This document shows positions 21,963 through 31,624 of a DNA stretch of 64,000 nucleotides, in pieces (the first letter of the stretch is position 1; each line of letters begins with the position of its first letter). This stretch comes from Planctomycetota bacterium. Its GTDB lineage: Bacteria > Planctomycetota > UBA8108 > SXIK01. The stretch lies in contig OZ244999.1 of the NCBI GenBank assembly GCA_965223265.1, forward strand, positions 7,136,001 to 7,200,000. The letters are read 5' to 3'. The notes below the pieces were generated by a model. The model worked only from the letters and a program-made list of their open reading frames with translations. It did no database searches and was not told the DNA's origin. A program made the position numbers and the translations under genes.

Positions 21963-23381
21963 ATGAAGCTCGAACTCACGCAGAAACTTCAGCAACAGCA
22001 GATCCTTGCGCCGCAGATGATCCTGTCCATGGACATTCTTCTGCTGGCCTCTCAAGACCTTCAACAACGGATCGAAAAGGAGTTCGCTGAAAACCCAGCC
22101 CTCGAGTTGGTCGAACCACAGCTCAAGGAGCGGAAGTCTGAACTCCCCAGCGCTCCAGTCGATTCCTCGCCCTTCGAGAAGGTCGATCACCTCGCCAAGC
22201 AGTCTGACTCGTCTTTCGACATGTCGTTTCGTCGGCGCAAGAGCAGCAGCGACGACAAGTACGAAGCTCTACAGAATACAGAAGGAAGACCACCCGGGCT
22301 GCGGGACCACTTGACTCAGCAACTTCGCCTCCTGAGCCTAGAGCAAAACATTCAGAGAGTCGCGGTCGAGCTCGTCAACAACATCGACACGCGGGGCTAC
22401 CTGGTGGCGAAGCCAGAGGAACTCTATCACTCGCTGGCACAGTCATGCAGCGGTGAGGAATTTCAGGCCGCGCTGCGTGCTGTCCGCAGTCTGGAACCGG
22501 CAGGCGTCGGCGCAGAAAACCTGCAGCAGTGCCTGCTGCTACAACTGGCACGAGATCAACAGGAGTATCCTCTTGAGACGGAGCTCATCCTCAACCACCT
22601 CGAAGACCTCGGTGAGAATAAGATTCCTAAGGTCGCCAAAGAGCTCAAATCTACGATCGACGACATCCAGGATGCCCTCGAAATCATTCGCTGCTTGGAT
22701 CCGCGCCCCGGGCTGAAGTATGAACCCGCCGCGACCATGTACGTGCGACCCGACGTGATCGTCGAGATCGATGAGAACGGCGAGCTGCTCGTCACCATCG
22801 AGTCGTCGAATCTTCCGCAGTTGAACGTCAGCGAGTCTTGCAAACGACTTCTTAAGGCGAAGGAACAGCCCGACGTCAAGAAGTTCGTCCGCAAGAAGAT
22901 CGAGTCGGCGCAGTGGTTGATCCAGGCGATCCAGCAACGCCAACGAACTCTGCAAGACATTGCCGCGGCGCTCGTCGACTATCAGCGAGAATTCATGACA
23001 AAGGGTCCGGAACACTTGCGTGCGATGAAGATGCAGACGATCGCGGATCTCGTGAACGTCCATATCTCCACCGTCAGTCGAGCCATCAAGGGGAAGTACG
23101 CTCAGACGCCGTGGGGAGTCTACGAGCTACGCTACTTCTTCACAGGTGGCGTCGGCAACTCAGACGGAGAAGTCGAGTCGCGGCGCAACATCTATCGCAA
23201 GATCAGCGAGATCATCGACAACGAGAACAAGTCGCGACCACTGTCGGACTCAGCCATCGCCAAAATCCTCCAGGAGAAGGGATTTAGCATCGCACGTCGA
23301 ACCGTGACGAAGTACCGCGAGCAGGAAAAGATTCCCTCGTCGCGGCTGAGAAAGAAGTACGTGGAAAAGTCTTCGATTTGA
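21963..23381 (+). CDS. rpoN: RNA polymerase sigma-54 factor
   Basis: Q-rich region I, ENPALE, HISTVSRAI and RpoN box ARRTVTKYRE. Confidence 0.96.
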   Translation: MKLELTQKLQQQQILAPQMILSMDILLLASQDLQQRIEKEFAENPALELVEPQLKERKSELPSAPVDSSPFEKVDHLAKQSDSSFDMSFRRRKSSSDDKYEALQNTEGRPPGLRDHLTQQLRLLSLEQNIQRVAVELVNNIDTRGYLVAKPEELYHSLAQSCSGEEFQAALRAVRSLEPAGVGAENLQQCLLLQLARDQQEYPLETELILNHLEDLGENKIPKVAKELKSTIDDIQDALEIIRCLDPRPGLKYEPAATMYVRPDVIVEIDENGELLVTIESSNLPQLNVSESCKRLLKAKEQPDVKKFVRKKIESAQWLIQAIQQRQRTLQDIAAALVDYQREFMTKGPEHLRAMKMQTIADLVNVHISTVSRAIKGKYAQTPWGVYELRYFFTGGVGNSDGEVESRRNIYRKISEIIDNENKSRPLSDSAIAKILQEKGFSIARRTVTKYREQEKIPSSRLRKKYVEKSSI

Positions 23382-23444
23382 CGAAGTCCGCCTGCGGTGA
23401 TCAAAGCCGAGAATCTTGCCGGCGGAGATCGAAGATCTAGTCAC

Positions 23445-23776
23445 GGAAGCGAGAGATCTGAACAGAAAACAACGGACACACGTTCGAGTTGCCGCGAGGC
23501 GAACTGGCGGCGCGAATGAAGAACGCGCGAACGAGCAAGTGAGAAGCGTCACTCCTCCTTGGTTCCTTTCGTTGCCTCTTGTTCAGACTCTCTGCCTGCT
23601 TCCCAAGAACGCACAAAAAGCGAAGTTCGAAACGACCGGAGGCCCCTCGAAAAGGTGAGAAGAAGAGGGCACGTACGGGTGAGATCCTGGCTGGATGTGG
23701 GTAGGTCGTCTGGTATGTCGAGGGACCTCCGGTATTCGGTCATCGACGCCAGGTGCTAATGAAGCGCCTGGCGTCG
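23445..23776. ncRNA. Candidate structured non-coding region (three long hairpins) downstream of rpoN
   Basis: Inverted repeats at 23445-23476/23568-23603 (imperfect), 23635-23650/23718-23733 (15/16) and 23744-23757/23763-23776. No credible ORF. Confidence 0.35.
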
Positions 23777-23928
23777 GTTCCATTCGCAACCTTCGCGTTT
23801 CCTTTTGACGGCCGAAGACCTGACGAGCCAATGCCACGTTTTTGAGCGTGGCGCTGGAGGCGCAACAAGGTGCATCGCGTCAAGTCACGTTCTCGAGCGA
23901 CAAAGGGGCTGCGCTCTCGCCGATACGA

Positions 23929-25347
23929 TCAAGGAGTGTCGCACTCGAGAGGGTCAATCGTCGGATCCGTCCCACTAGTCGGGTAGGGCGACGGAGGCGG
24001 CGGCGCACCAAGGAACAAGAAGTTCAGTAGGTAGACGGGATCACTGATGTTGACGTCCCCATCGTCGTTTGCGTCGAGCGCGTCGAGACACGCAGCCGTG
24101 GCCTCTCCTAGAAACAGGAAGCCAAGAATGGCAAGGGGATCTGCGATGTCGAGCTGGCCATCTCGAGCGGCGTCACCGCGAAGAAATTTCTTAAGTTCCC
24201 CACTGCCTGGTGGTACGACGCAGACGATTCCGCTCGGCGTCCCGAGTGTCTCGCCGCTGTCGGCGAGCCAGCGGACGACCTCTCCCAAGTCAAGCGCGTC
24301 GCCGTCGCCGTTGGCGTCGAAGGCACGGAAGATCGCGTCTGCCGCGCCGTCGAGGAGAAGAAAACTACCGTCGTCAAGTGGTAGGAAGTCGTTCGTGTCG
24401 GAGACCGGCTCGTCAACCGACGCGTCGACGACCACAGTGACCTCTCCAGCGCCAGAGATTGTCCCGTTGGAATCCACGTCTCGAAATCGCACCAGCAGTC
24501 CGACGTCCTCATCGCAAGCGTAGACCTCGTCTTCAACCACAGCGAGACAGTCGACATCGTTCAGAGCGACCGGTCCGCTGCCGTCGTAGAAGATCGCCAC
24601 CTCTCCGGCGTCGAGAAAATCGCGGTCTCCGTTGAGGTCCGTCAGTTTCCAAATCATGCCGGTGCTGCTGTCGCCGACGACTGCGACTCCATCGTTCAGA
24701 AACGCCAGAGACTCGATGTCAGCGGGTACGGCACTCGACAAGGCCGTGTCGTCGAGGACGATGCTCACTTCACCGACGTCGAGTGCGTCGCCGTCGTTGT
24801 TCGTATCCTCGAGTCGCAGTACGCGCCGCGCACCGCTGCCATCGTCCGTGATGTAAAACGCCCCGTCAGGCCCACGAACCAGCGTGTTGGGAGTAGCGAG
24901 AGCGACGGCACCTTCGTCGCCGCTATAGAACACGGCGTACTCGCCACTTCCTTCGGCGGTACCGTCCCCATCGAGGTCACGCAGAACCAAAACGGCGTCA
25001 AGCGTACCGCCATCGAGCAGATAGAGAGCGCCCGACCCATCCGTCGCTAGGTGCGATGGCGTTGAGAGTGGTGGTCCGGTGGTCACCTCCCCGTAGTAGA
25101 CCGTGATCTCCCCATCAACGCCCGGCTCGATCGTCCCGGAGGCGTCGAGATCCCGAAGCGCGAGCACTCGGTCGTCGCTGGCGTCACAAACAAAGATCGT
25201 GCCGGTCGTGGGGTCCGCCTCAAGGCTCGAACCAACCAGTGCCCACACCGCGAGGAGTGAGCAACGCAACCGACGTCGAGGGCAGCGGCCGAGTCCGGCA
25301 TGCTGCTGGAAGTGGCGAAAGAAAAGGAACAAGAATGGAAAAGGCAT
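23929..25347 (-). CDS. Secreted beta-propeller-like protein with six DxD/NxDG loops and a C-terminal planctomycete dockerin-type domain
   Basis: Repeats LRDLDASG, LRDLDGDG, LEDTNNDGD, LTDLNGDRD, FRDVDSNG and AFDANGDGD. C-terminus FLRGDA..DGQLDIADP..C.DALDANDDG.VNISDP. GGAGG RBS before ATG 25347. Confidence 0.75.
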   Translation of the reverse strand: MPFPFLFLFFRHFQQHAGLGRCPRRRLRCSLLAVWALVGSSLEADPTTGTIFVCDASDDRVLALRDLDASGTIEPGVDGEITVYYGEVTTGPPLSTPSHLATDGSGALYLLDGGTLDAVLVLRDLDGDGTAEGSGEYAVFYSGDEGAVALATPNTLVRGPDGAFYITDDGSGARRVLRLEDTNNDGDALDVGEVSIVLDDTALSSAVPADIESLAFLNDGVAVVGDSSTGMIWKLTDLNGDRDFLDAGEVAIFYDGSGPVALNDVDCLAVVEDEVYACDEDVGLLVRFRDVDSNGTISGAGEVTVVVDASVDEPVSDTNDFLPLDDGSFLLLDGAADAIFRAFDANGDGDALDLGEVVRWLADSGETLGTPSGIVCVVPPGSGELKKFLRGDAARDGQLDIADPLAILGFLFLGEATAACLDALDANDDGDVNISDPVYLLNFLFLGAPPPPSPYPTSGTDPTIDPLECDTP

Positions 25348-25605
25348 TGAGTCGAAACCTCCTGTAATAACTGCGTCGGTCTCCGGCGACGCGGAGGTAT
25401 AAGCACGTCGAGTGCCAGAGCGCGTCAGGTTTCGCGATTCGGCGCAAATTCGCCAACACAAAAGACTAGTGACAACGGCTCCGACTCACGGGATGATGCG
25501 GCGAGGTGCGATGTCAAATTCGAACGTCCGTAATCGAACAGTGCGTCGTTTTTGACACAGCGAACCGTGTTTCATCCTTAAATAGCAGCGAAAAGTGCAG
25601 TCGCG

Positions 25606-26355
25606 ATGTCGTCTCCGCGTAAGAGAGTCCGTCTCCACAAGTTCATCGCCAACTGCGGCTACACTTCGAGGCGACGTGCCGAACTCCTCATAGGTGCCGG
25701 CCGCGTTCGCGTCAACGGCCGCGTGGCTACGAACGTCGGCACGACGATCGACCCGGACAAAGACACGGTCGAAGTCAACGGTGAAACCGTCGAGCTACCT
25801 GCTCCGGTGACCATCATGCTCAACAAGCCAGCGGGCATCCTGACTTCCACGCACGACACCCATGATCGGCTCACCGTCATGGATCTGCTGCCGAAGAGTC
25901 TGCGTGAAACGGGGGTGCTGCCCGCCGGGAGGCTTGATCAAGACACGGAAGGACTTCTCGTCCTAACGAACGACGGAGATCTTGGCCACCGCATCACGCA
26001 TCCTCGCTACGAGACAGAAAAAGAGTATGAGGCGGTCGTCGCAGGTCGGCCAAGCACGGCAAAGCTGGATCGCCTCGAGCGCGGAGTGGTCATCGAAGGT
26101 CGCACGACGGCTCCCGCAACGGTCGTCTCCGTCGCGGCAGCAGATCAGGCGGGTGAGCCGCAGACAACCGTCCACTTGATCATTCGCGAAGGCCGCAAGC
26201 GCCAAGTGCGCCTCATGTTCCGCGCGGTCGGACACGACGTTCTCAAGCTGCGCAGGGTCCGCGTCGGCGGCCTCAAGCTCGGAAAGTTGCCGTGCGGCGA
26301 GTGGCGGGAGCTGCGGCCGGCGGAACTCGAGGCGCTACTGGGCAGCCAGGCTTAG
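25606..26355 (+). CDS. rRNA pseudouridine synthase (RsuA/RluB family, S4 domain)
   Basis: SRRRAE, LNKP, catalytic GRLDQDTEGLL and EGRKRQVR. Confidence 0.92.
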   Translation: MSSPRKRVRLHKFIANCGYTSRRRAELLIGAGRVRVNGRVATNVGTTIDPDKDTVEVNGETVELPAPVTIMLNKPAGILTSTHDTHDRLTVMDLLPKSLRETGVLPAGRLDQDTEGLLVLTNDGDLGHRITHPRYETEKEYEAVVAGRPSTAKLDRLERGVVIEGRTTAPATVVSVAAADQAGEPQTTVHLIIREGRKRQVRLMFRAVGHDVLKLRRVRVGGLKLGKLPCGEWRELRPAELEALLGSQA

Positions 26356-26360
26356 CTTAA

Positions 26361-26456
26361 CAGCCTGCCTGAAAAAGTGCTTCGAGTCGAAAACTGGTCG
26401 CTTCGCGTCCAGATCGGTCGCGGCGAACGTAGGTAATCTCCGAGCCCTCTTCTATA
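26361..26456. mobile_element. MITE copy B, first half (interrupted by the transposon)
   Basis: CAGCCTGCCTGAAAAAGTGCTTCGAGTCGAAAACTGG... matches the reverse complement of the right part of the 57513 copy. Confidence 0.75.
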
Positions 26457-26697
26457 TGCTGAGTCCCACAAACTCTGGCTCGTGAGCAGCGACGAGTCTC
26501 AGATTCACTGACCCGGAAACGCCCCGGCATACCCCGCCGAACCGACCGTCCGATCATACCCCGCCTACCCCGCGCCCCCCGTTCGACGCTGCGCCCTGGA
26601 CCTTCGCTCGACTCCTCGCCTCACCTCGAGTAAAGAGGGGAGCGGAGAGACCGGTGTTGGTGCACTTCTCTCCGCAAGTCCCCGTACGGAGAGAGCG

Positions 26698-27366
26698 ATG
26701 CTACCCCATTTGGTCAACGCGATACAGAGCTATGGCGAAGCTGTTCGCCGCCGTGAGATCCAGCCGACCTGTAACCGCTGCCCGAATTGCAGCGGGGAGC
26801 CAGATCGGTTCCGCTACCGCGGTCACCGAGAGCGCGTGTTCCTCGTTATCGTCAGGCGTCTGGTCGAACCTGTCCTGTCGCTTCTGAGTCGCTGGAAGTG
26901 TCCTCTGTGTAAGCGCTCCTTCACGCTCTACCCGCCCTTCGCGCTGCCGGGGAAACGCTACGTTCGCGACTGCGTTTTCGATCACGCTCGGCGCTACCTC
27001 CAGATCGACGAGCTTTCGTATCGCGAAGCCGTCAAGGTCGAACACATGCCCGTCTTCCACGAGGGTGACGACAGGGGAGCGATCGACGAGCGCAGCCTCG
27101 CGCACTCAACACTTCATCGTTGGCTTTCGTTCTTTCGCTCTCTCAACGCCACGCTCCTGGAGGCTCTCCGCCTCATCCGAGAGCGCTCGGCGAGGTCCGA
27201 CATCTTCCGCAAGGTCTTCGCCGTCCGTCCAGCCAAGTACCGAAGCGAATCACGGCGGGACACTCTCGTCGCGGCACTTCGAGCTCTCTCGATCGACCAG
27301 GTGTTCCGTTCCCTCTTCGGCCGATCGATCTTCCCCGACTTGGCAACCTCCGCAGCCTGGGCGTGA
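26698..27366 (+). CDS. Transposon accessory protein with CxxC..CxxC zinc finger (DUF6431-like)
   Basis: CPNC...CPLC, FTLYPPFALPGKRY and STLHRW. First gene of the element. Confidence 0.65.
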   Translation: MLPHLVNAIQSYGEAVRRREIQPTCNRCPNCSGEPDRFRYRGHRERVFLVIVRRLVEPVLSLLSRWKCPLCKRSFTLYPPFALPGKRYVRDCVFDHARRYLQIDELSYREAVKVEHMPVFHEGDDRGAIDERSLAHSTLHRWLSFFRSLNATLLEALRLIRERSARSDIFRKVFAVRPAKYRSESRRDTLVAALRALSIDQVFRSLFGRSIFPDLATSAAWA

Positions 27367-27406
27367 GCGAGAATCACGCCTCGCTCGCCCCATGCGAGGT
27401 GTGATC

Positions 27407-28969
27407 ATGAAAGCGAAAGATCTCGATTGGGCTATCTTCTGGGCGGCTCTTCTCCAGCCCGTCGTCATCGGCGAGGTGCCGGAGGAGGAAGCCGCGCGAT
27501 TTCTCCGCGAGCTCGCCAAAGAAGAGCGCATCTTTCCCGACGGATCGCGACGCAAGCCGGCTCTTTCGACCCTGAGGCGGAAGCTTCGCATCTATCGCGA
27601 GGAGGGCTTCGAGGGTCTTGCCCGCAGGCCGCGAAGCGATCGCGGGAAACCGCGTGCCCACGGCAAAGAGCTCGTCGAGAAAGCCGTCGAGCTGAAGCGT
27701 GATCAGCCACTGCGCTCCCACTTCGCCATCAACAAGTTCCTCCAGGCTCAGCACGGAAAGACCATTCCGCGTTCGACCCTCTTCCGCTACCTCAAGATCG
27801 CCGGCGCGACGCGGCTGAAGCTCGGTGTCGAGAGGAGGAAAGTCCGGAAACGCTGGACTCGTGACTCCACCCATGCCCTCTGGGTCGGCGACTTCGCCGA
27901 TGGACCCTACGTGCTGCACGACGGCGAAGTCGTCCCCACCTTCCTCTGTGTTCTCATCGACTGCTACAGCCGCTCGCTCGTCGAGGGGCGCTACTACCTT
28001 CGGCAAAATCTCGAGGTCTTGATCGACTGCTTGCTGCGGGCGTGGGCCAAGCACGGTGCTTCGGACGAGCTCTATGTCGATCAGGCGAAGGTCTATATCT
28101 CCAAAGCGCTCAAGGCGGCATGCCTTGCCGTTGTCACCCGGCTCATCCATCGCGGCAAGGGCGATCCGCCACCGGGTGGTCTCGTCGAACGACTCATCGA
28201 GACGATACAGGGCCAGTTCGAGGCCGAGGTCAGAGCCGGCGAGATCCTCACTCTCGACTCGCTCAACGGAAGCTTCGATTCCTGGAAGACCGTGGCCTAC
28301 CACCGCCAGGTCAACACCGAGACCGGCGAAACACCCGAGGCACGAGCCGAGGCCGGCCTCAAACGGCCTATCCGACACGTCGACATTCAGCGCGTCACCG
28401 AGTTCTTCATGTGCCGCGAGACGCGGCGCGTTCACCCGGACTTCTCCGACGTCCAGCTCGATCGCCGCTTCTATCGCGTCGACAAGAGTCTGCGCGGTGA
28501 CAAGGTCGAAGTCCGCTACGATCCCTTCTCCGCGCCCGACACGGTTCTCATCTACTCCAGCAACGAAGAGTACCTCGGAAAGGGCGTCCTTCACGAGCGC
28601 GAAGAGGGCGAGGACGCCGGTGCTCCCGCCCCTCCCGCCAAAGCGAAGCACAACTATCTGGAGCTTCTTCGCCGTGAGCACGACGAGGAGCTCAAGAAGC
28701 GCGCCCAGGGGATCGACTACCGTCGTGTCATCGCCTCTCGCCAGTGGCCCTTCACCGACTTCGCATGCCTTCTCGGCCGGCTCATGGGGCGCAAGGGCGC
28801 CCTCTCGAGCTTCACCGCCGAGGAGCTCGAGGAACTCAAGAAGTTCTACAACCGTACTCCCAGCCTCACCGAAGTCCTCTTGCTGAGGGCCTTCGAGAAG
28901 GCTCCGGAGAAATCCATTCCCTACATCGCCTACGAGCTTCAACGACTCGCAGGCAGAAAGGAGGACTGA
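27407..28969 (+). CDS. DDE-type transposase/integrase with HTH and Mu-transposase-like C-terminal domain
   Basis: PRSDRG linker, LWVGDF (D), LYVDQA (D), GLVER (E) and C-terminal VEVRYDP. Confidence 0.9.
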   Translation: MKAKDLDWAIFWAALLQPVVIGEVPEEEAARFLRELAKEERIFPDGSRRKPALSTLRRKLRIYREEGFEGLARRPRSDRGKPRAHGKELVEKAVELKRDQPLRSHFAINKFLQAQHGKTIPRSTLFRYLKIAGATRLKLGVERRKVRKRWTRDSTHALWVGDFADGPYVLHDGEVVPTFLCVLIDCYSRSLVEGRYYLRQNLEVLIDCLLRAWAKHGASDELYVDQAKVYISKALKAACLAVVTRLIHRGKGDPPPGGLVERLIETIQGQFEAEVRAGEILTLDSLNGSFDSWKTVAYHRQVNTETGETPEARAEAGLKRPIRHVDIQRVTEFFMCRETRRVHPDFSDVQLDRRFYRVDKSLRGDKVEVRYDPFSAPDTVLIYSSNEEYLGKGVLHEREEGEDAGAPAPPAKAKHNYLELLRREHDEELKKRAQGIDYRRVIASRQWPFTDFACLLGRLMGRKGALSSFTAEELEELKKFYNRTPSLTEVLLLRAFEKAPEKSIPYIAYELQRLAGRKED

Positions 28970-29760
28970 TGTTCACCACCCATTTCAAGATGACGACGCA
29001 GCCCTTTCTCGAGCGCGCGCCCGTCGAGCAGATTCTTTCCGACGAGCGCATCACCCAGGGACTCGCTCGACTGGAGTACCTCGCCAAGTCGGGCTCGATC
29101 GGCCTGGTGACCGGACTCACCGGGGTGGGGAAGTCGTCTCTGGTGAAGCTCTTCGTGCGCTCGCTGAGCCGCAACCTCTACGACCCGATCTATCTCTCGC
29201 TGACCTACGTCGGGGCAAACGGCATTCTGAAGCTCCTGGTTTCCAGCCTCGGCGAGCAGCCCCGCCGTGGCAAGGAGCGGCTCTTCCTCCAGATCCTGGA
29301 TCGCGTCGGGGCGAACGAGCACACGACAATCCTCGTCATCGATGAAGCGCACCTGCTTCCTTCGGAGTCGCTCACCGATCTGAGACTTCTGGTCAGCTCC
29401 GGACTCGAGGACGGCCCGCCATTGAAGATCCTCCTCAGCGGACAAGAGACCCTGAGAAAGGAGCTTACCCGAGCGCGCCACGCCGATCTCACGCATCGGC
29501 TCAGCGTGCGCTACCACGTGCCGCCGCTCAGCAAGGAGCAGACGGTCGAGTACATCGACTTTCAGATGCGCGCAGCCGGCGCCTCGCAGAAAGTCTTCGA
29601 GCCTGAAGCGAAGTCGCTCATCCACGACTACTCAAGCGGCGTGCCGCGGCGCATCAACAACATCGCCACCGCCTGCCTCATTCAGGCCGCGAGCAAGAAC
29701 GTCCAGAAGATCTCCGAGGCGCTCGTCAACGACACCGCCCCCGAGTTCCATCTGCCCTGA
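28969..29760 (+). CDS. ExeA-family AAA+ ATPase (transposition helper)
   Basis: Walker A GLTGVGKS, Walker B ILVIDEAH and SGVPRRIN. TGATG coupling to the transposase. Confidence 0.9.
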   Translation: MFTTHFKMTTQPFLERAPVEQILSDERITQGLARLEYLAKSGSIGLVTGLTGVGKSSLVKLFVRSLSRNLYDPIYLSLTYVGANGILKLLVSSLGEQPRRGKERLFLQILDRVGANEHTTILVIDEAHLLPSESLTDLRLLVSSGLEDGPPLKILLSGQETLRKELTRARHADLTHRLSVRYHVPPLSKEQTVEYIDFQMRAAGASQKVFEPEAKSLIHDYSSGVPRRINNIATACLIQAASKNVQKISEALVNDTAPEFHLP

Positions 29761-29779
29761 GAACGGAGACTGACGCGCC

Positions 29780-30073
29780 ATGTTCCACAAGACCCTGATG
29801 CCTCGAGTCAACGACTTCGCCGAGTATCCTGAGCTCGCCGTTTTGATGACCCTCGCGACGAACCTCGAGATCGCCCTGTTCGCTCTGAACGCCGCGTACC
29901 CCGATCTCGACTTCGACTACACGCAACGCTCCTCCTACACCGAGCAAGACGCCTATCTCGCCGCCTTGGGCGCTCAGCTGCGAGCGCTCCAGATCGTCCT
30001 CGAAGAGTATCTCGAGAGCCTGCAACGAATCCGATATTTGAAGGCGCCGAGCGGTGGAGGTGGCGTCGCATGA
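29780..30073 (+). CDS. Small hypothetical transposon protein
   Basis: 97-aa ORF with GGAG RBS, overlapping the next gene by ATGA. Confidence 0.65.
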   Translation: MFHKTLMPRVNDFAEYPELAVLMTLATNLEIALFALNAAYPDLDFDYTQRSSYTEQDAYLAALGAQLRALQIVLEEYLESLQRIRYLKAPSGGGGVA

Positions 30074-30387
30074 CAGGACGATTCTCCGGCAAGCTCCTGC
30101 GGTCGTTGAGAAACGATATACCGATCGCGTGGCTCCTCGATCTGCTCGGCGTCCCCGCGAAAATCTCCGAGGGCTACGTGCGCTTCCTCTGTCCGCGGTG
30201 TCGCGAATTCAACACCGCGACGAAGGCGTCCACCAACCTCGCGCGTTGCTTTCGCTGCGAGACGAACTTCAACCCGATCGACCTGGTCATGATCGTCAAG
30301 CGGCTGAATTTCGTCGACGCCGTCGAGTTCCTCGCCGAGCTCCGCGATCGTCGCGGTGACGCTCGCGCCACGCCTCGCCCTTCGTGA
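30070..30387 (+). CDS. CHC2/primase-type zinc-finger protein
   Basis: FLCPRC...ARCFRC..NFNPIDLVM....NFVDAV resembles the DnaG zinc-binding domain. Confidence 0.75.
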   Translation: MTGRFSGKLLRSLRNDIPIAWLLDLLGVPAKISEGYVRFLCPRCREFNTATKASTNLARCFRCETNFNPIDLVMIVKRLNFVDAVEFLAELRDRRGDARATPRPS

Positions 30388-30521
30388 TTCCCCGGGTCGT
30401 CGTGCCGTCCGGGACACGACGACCCGCGCCTTCTCGCCTCGCAAATCGCATCTCGCACCCGCGAATCAGCACCATGCCATTTAATCTGGGATTTCCGCGC
30501 CAGATACTGTGGGACTTAGCA

Positions 30522-30610
30522 TCTATAAGATATATACGGCGAGGCTCGCCGCGGTCGATCTGGGCGTGAAGAGGCAAGTTTCTCGGCCGAATGACTCTTT
30601 CAACGGGCTG
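30522..30610. mobile_element. MITE copy B, second half
   Basis: ...TGGGCGTGAAGAGGCAAGTTTCTCGGCCGAATGACTCTTTCAACGGGCTG is the reverse complement of the MITE left end. Confidence 0.75.
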
Positions 30611-30628
30611 TTAGCATCGCGCATCCGC

Positions 30629-31468
30629 TCAGAGATCGTCCAGGAGCTCCAACCCCGGCCCTTCGTCCAGGGACTCATCGCTTTCGACTTCGCCTTCGTT
30701 TTCGCGAGAGGAACGCGCGTCGTCCGTGCCGGCTGATTCCCCGGCGGCGCTCTTTAAGCTTTCGGCAACGTTCTCGTAGCGCTGCCGAAAATCGTCGGGC
30801 ACGCGGACGCCACTCTCCTCGAACGTCTGGATCTTTTTTGCGAGCGCCTCGATTCCCCTTTTTGCACGACCTCGGTTGTCGATGCGATCTGTGATCACAT
30901 CGTTCAACCTTGTTTCGAGCTCGGCCAGCTGCGTGGTCGTTAGTCGCACCACTTCGGAAGGCCCCGAATCCTCGCGCGGCGCGATCGTCCCGGTGACCTC
31001 CGCGGTGCGCGGAGACTCGCTCGCCCCCTCACCCGGTGACTCCATAGAGCGCACCACAAACAGGTAAGCAATGATCCCCACCACCACCAAACAGACCGCT
31101 GCAAAGAGCGTCCCTTGAACGACGGTTCGACGATCCAGAGGTGCCGCTCTGCGCCGCCGGCGACGCATAGGAGGACGGCCACGTCGATGCCGGGCGTGCG
31201 GTGCCGACCGCGCAGCGGACACATTACGAGTCCGAGTTGCGGCCGGTGACGCGCCGCCTGTACGTTTCGCGACTGCAGCGTTGAGCTTCTGGGCCTCCGC
31301 GGCATTGAGCACGCCGTTCTTCACCAACACCTCGACAGCGCGCGGGCGTCGGCCCGTCGTCCGCTCCCGTTCGCTGCACAGCGCGAGGACCTTCTGAGCC
31401 GTCTCCGCCGGGACCATTCCGGAGGTGACGGCGATTCTACACAGCAAGATATCGCGGTCGCGAGACAT
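30629..31468 (-). CDS. Hypothetical single-pass membrane protein
   Basis: 279-aa ORF: helical N-terminus, Arg-rich linker, one TM and an acidic C-terminus. Confidence 0.7.
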   Translation of the reverse strand: MSRDRDILLCRIAVTSGMVPAETAQKVLALCSERERTTGRRPRAVEVLVKNGVLNAAEAQKLNAAVAKRTGGASPAATRTRNVSAARSAPHARHRRGRPPMRRRRRRAAPLDRRTVVQGTLFAAVCLVVVGIIAYLFVVRSMESPGEGASESPRTAEVTGTIAPREDSGPSEVVRLTTTQLAELETRLNDVITDRIDNRGRAKRGIEALAKKIQTFEESGVRVPDDFRQRYENVAESLKSAAGESAGTDDARSSRENEGEVESDESLDEGPGLELLDDL

Positions 31469-31561
31469 AGTTGGCGCCTAGTGAAAGACTGGTATGGAAG
31501 GCATGAGCGTCAGCAACGCTGAGGTGGTTGGAAAGGTGAATGTGAAGCCGTGCGCACTCAA

Positions 31562-31620
31562 CAGCTTGCCTGAAAAAATGCTTCGAGCCGACTCGGCCGG
31601 TTGACTTTTTCAACAGGCTG
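31562..31620. mobile_element. MITE copy C, internally deleted (59 bp)
   Basis: CAGCTTGCCTGAAAAAATG...GACTTTTTCAACAGGCTG, flanked by TCAA on both sides. Confidence 0.7.
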
Positions 31621-31624
31621 TCAA

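Larger units (their letters stand above)
26457..30521 (+). mobile_element. 4065-bp five-gene DDE transposon (Mu/IS481/IS21-like transposase + ExeA-type ATPase)
   Basis: Terminal inverted repeats are TGCTGAGTCCCACAAACTCTGGCTCG (26457-26482) and, reverse-complemented, TGCTAAGTCCCACAGTATCTGGCGCG (30496-30521). A 6-bp target duplication TCTATA flanks it at 26451-26456 and 30522-30527. Confidence 0.92.

Noticed and set aside
27374-28942. 522-aa antisense ORF
   Set aside because: It is a shadow of the transposase in high-GC DNA and has no motifs.
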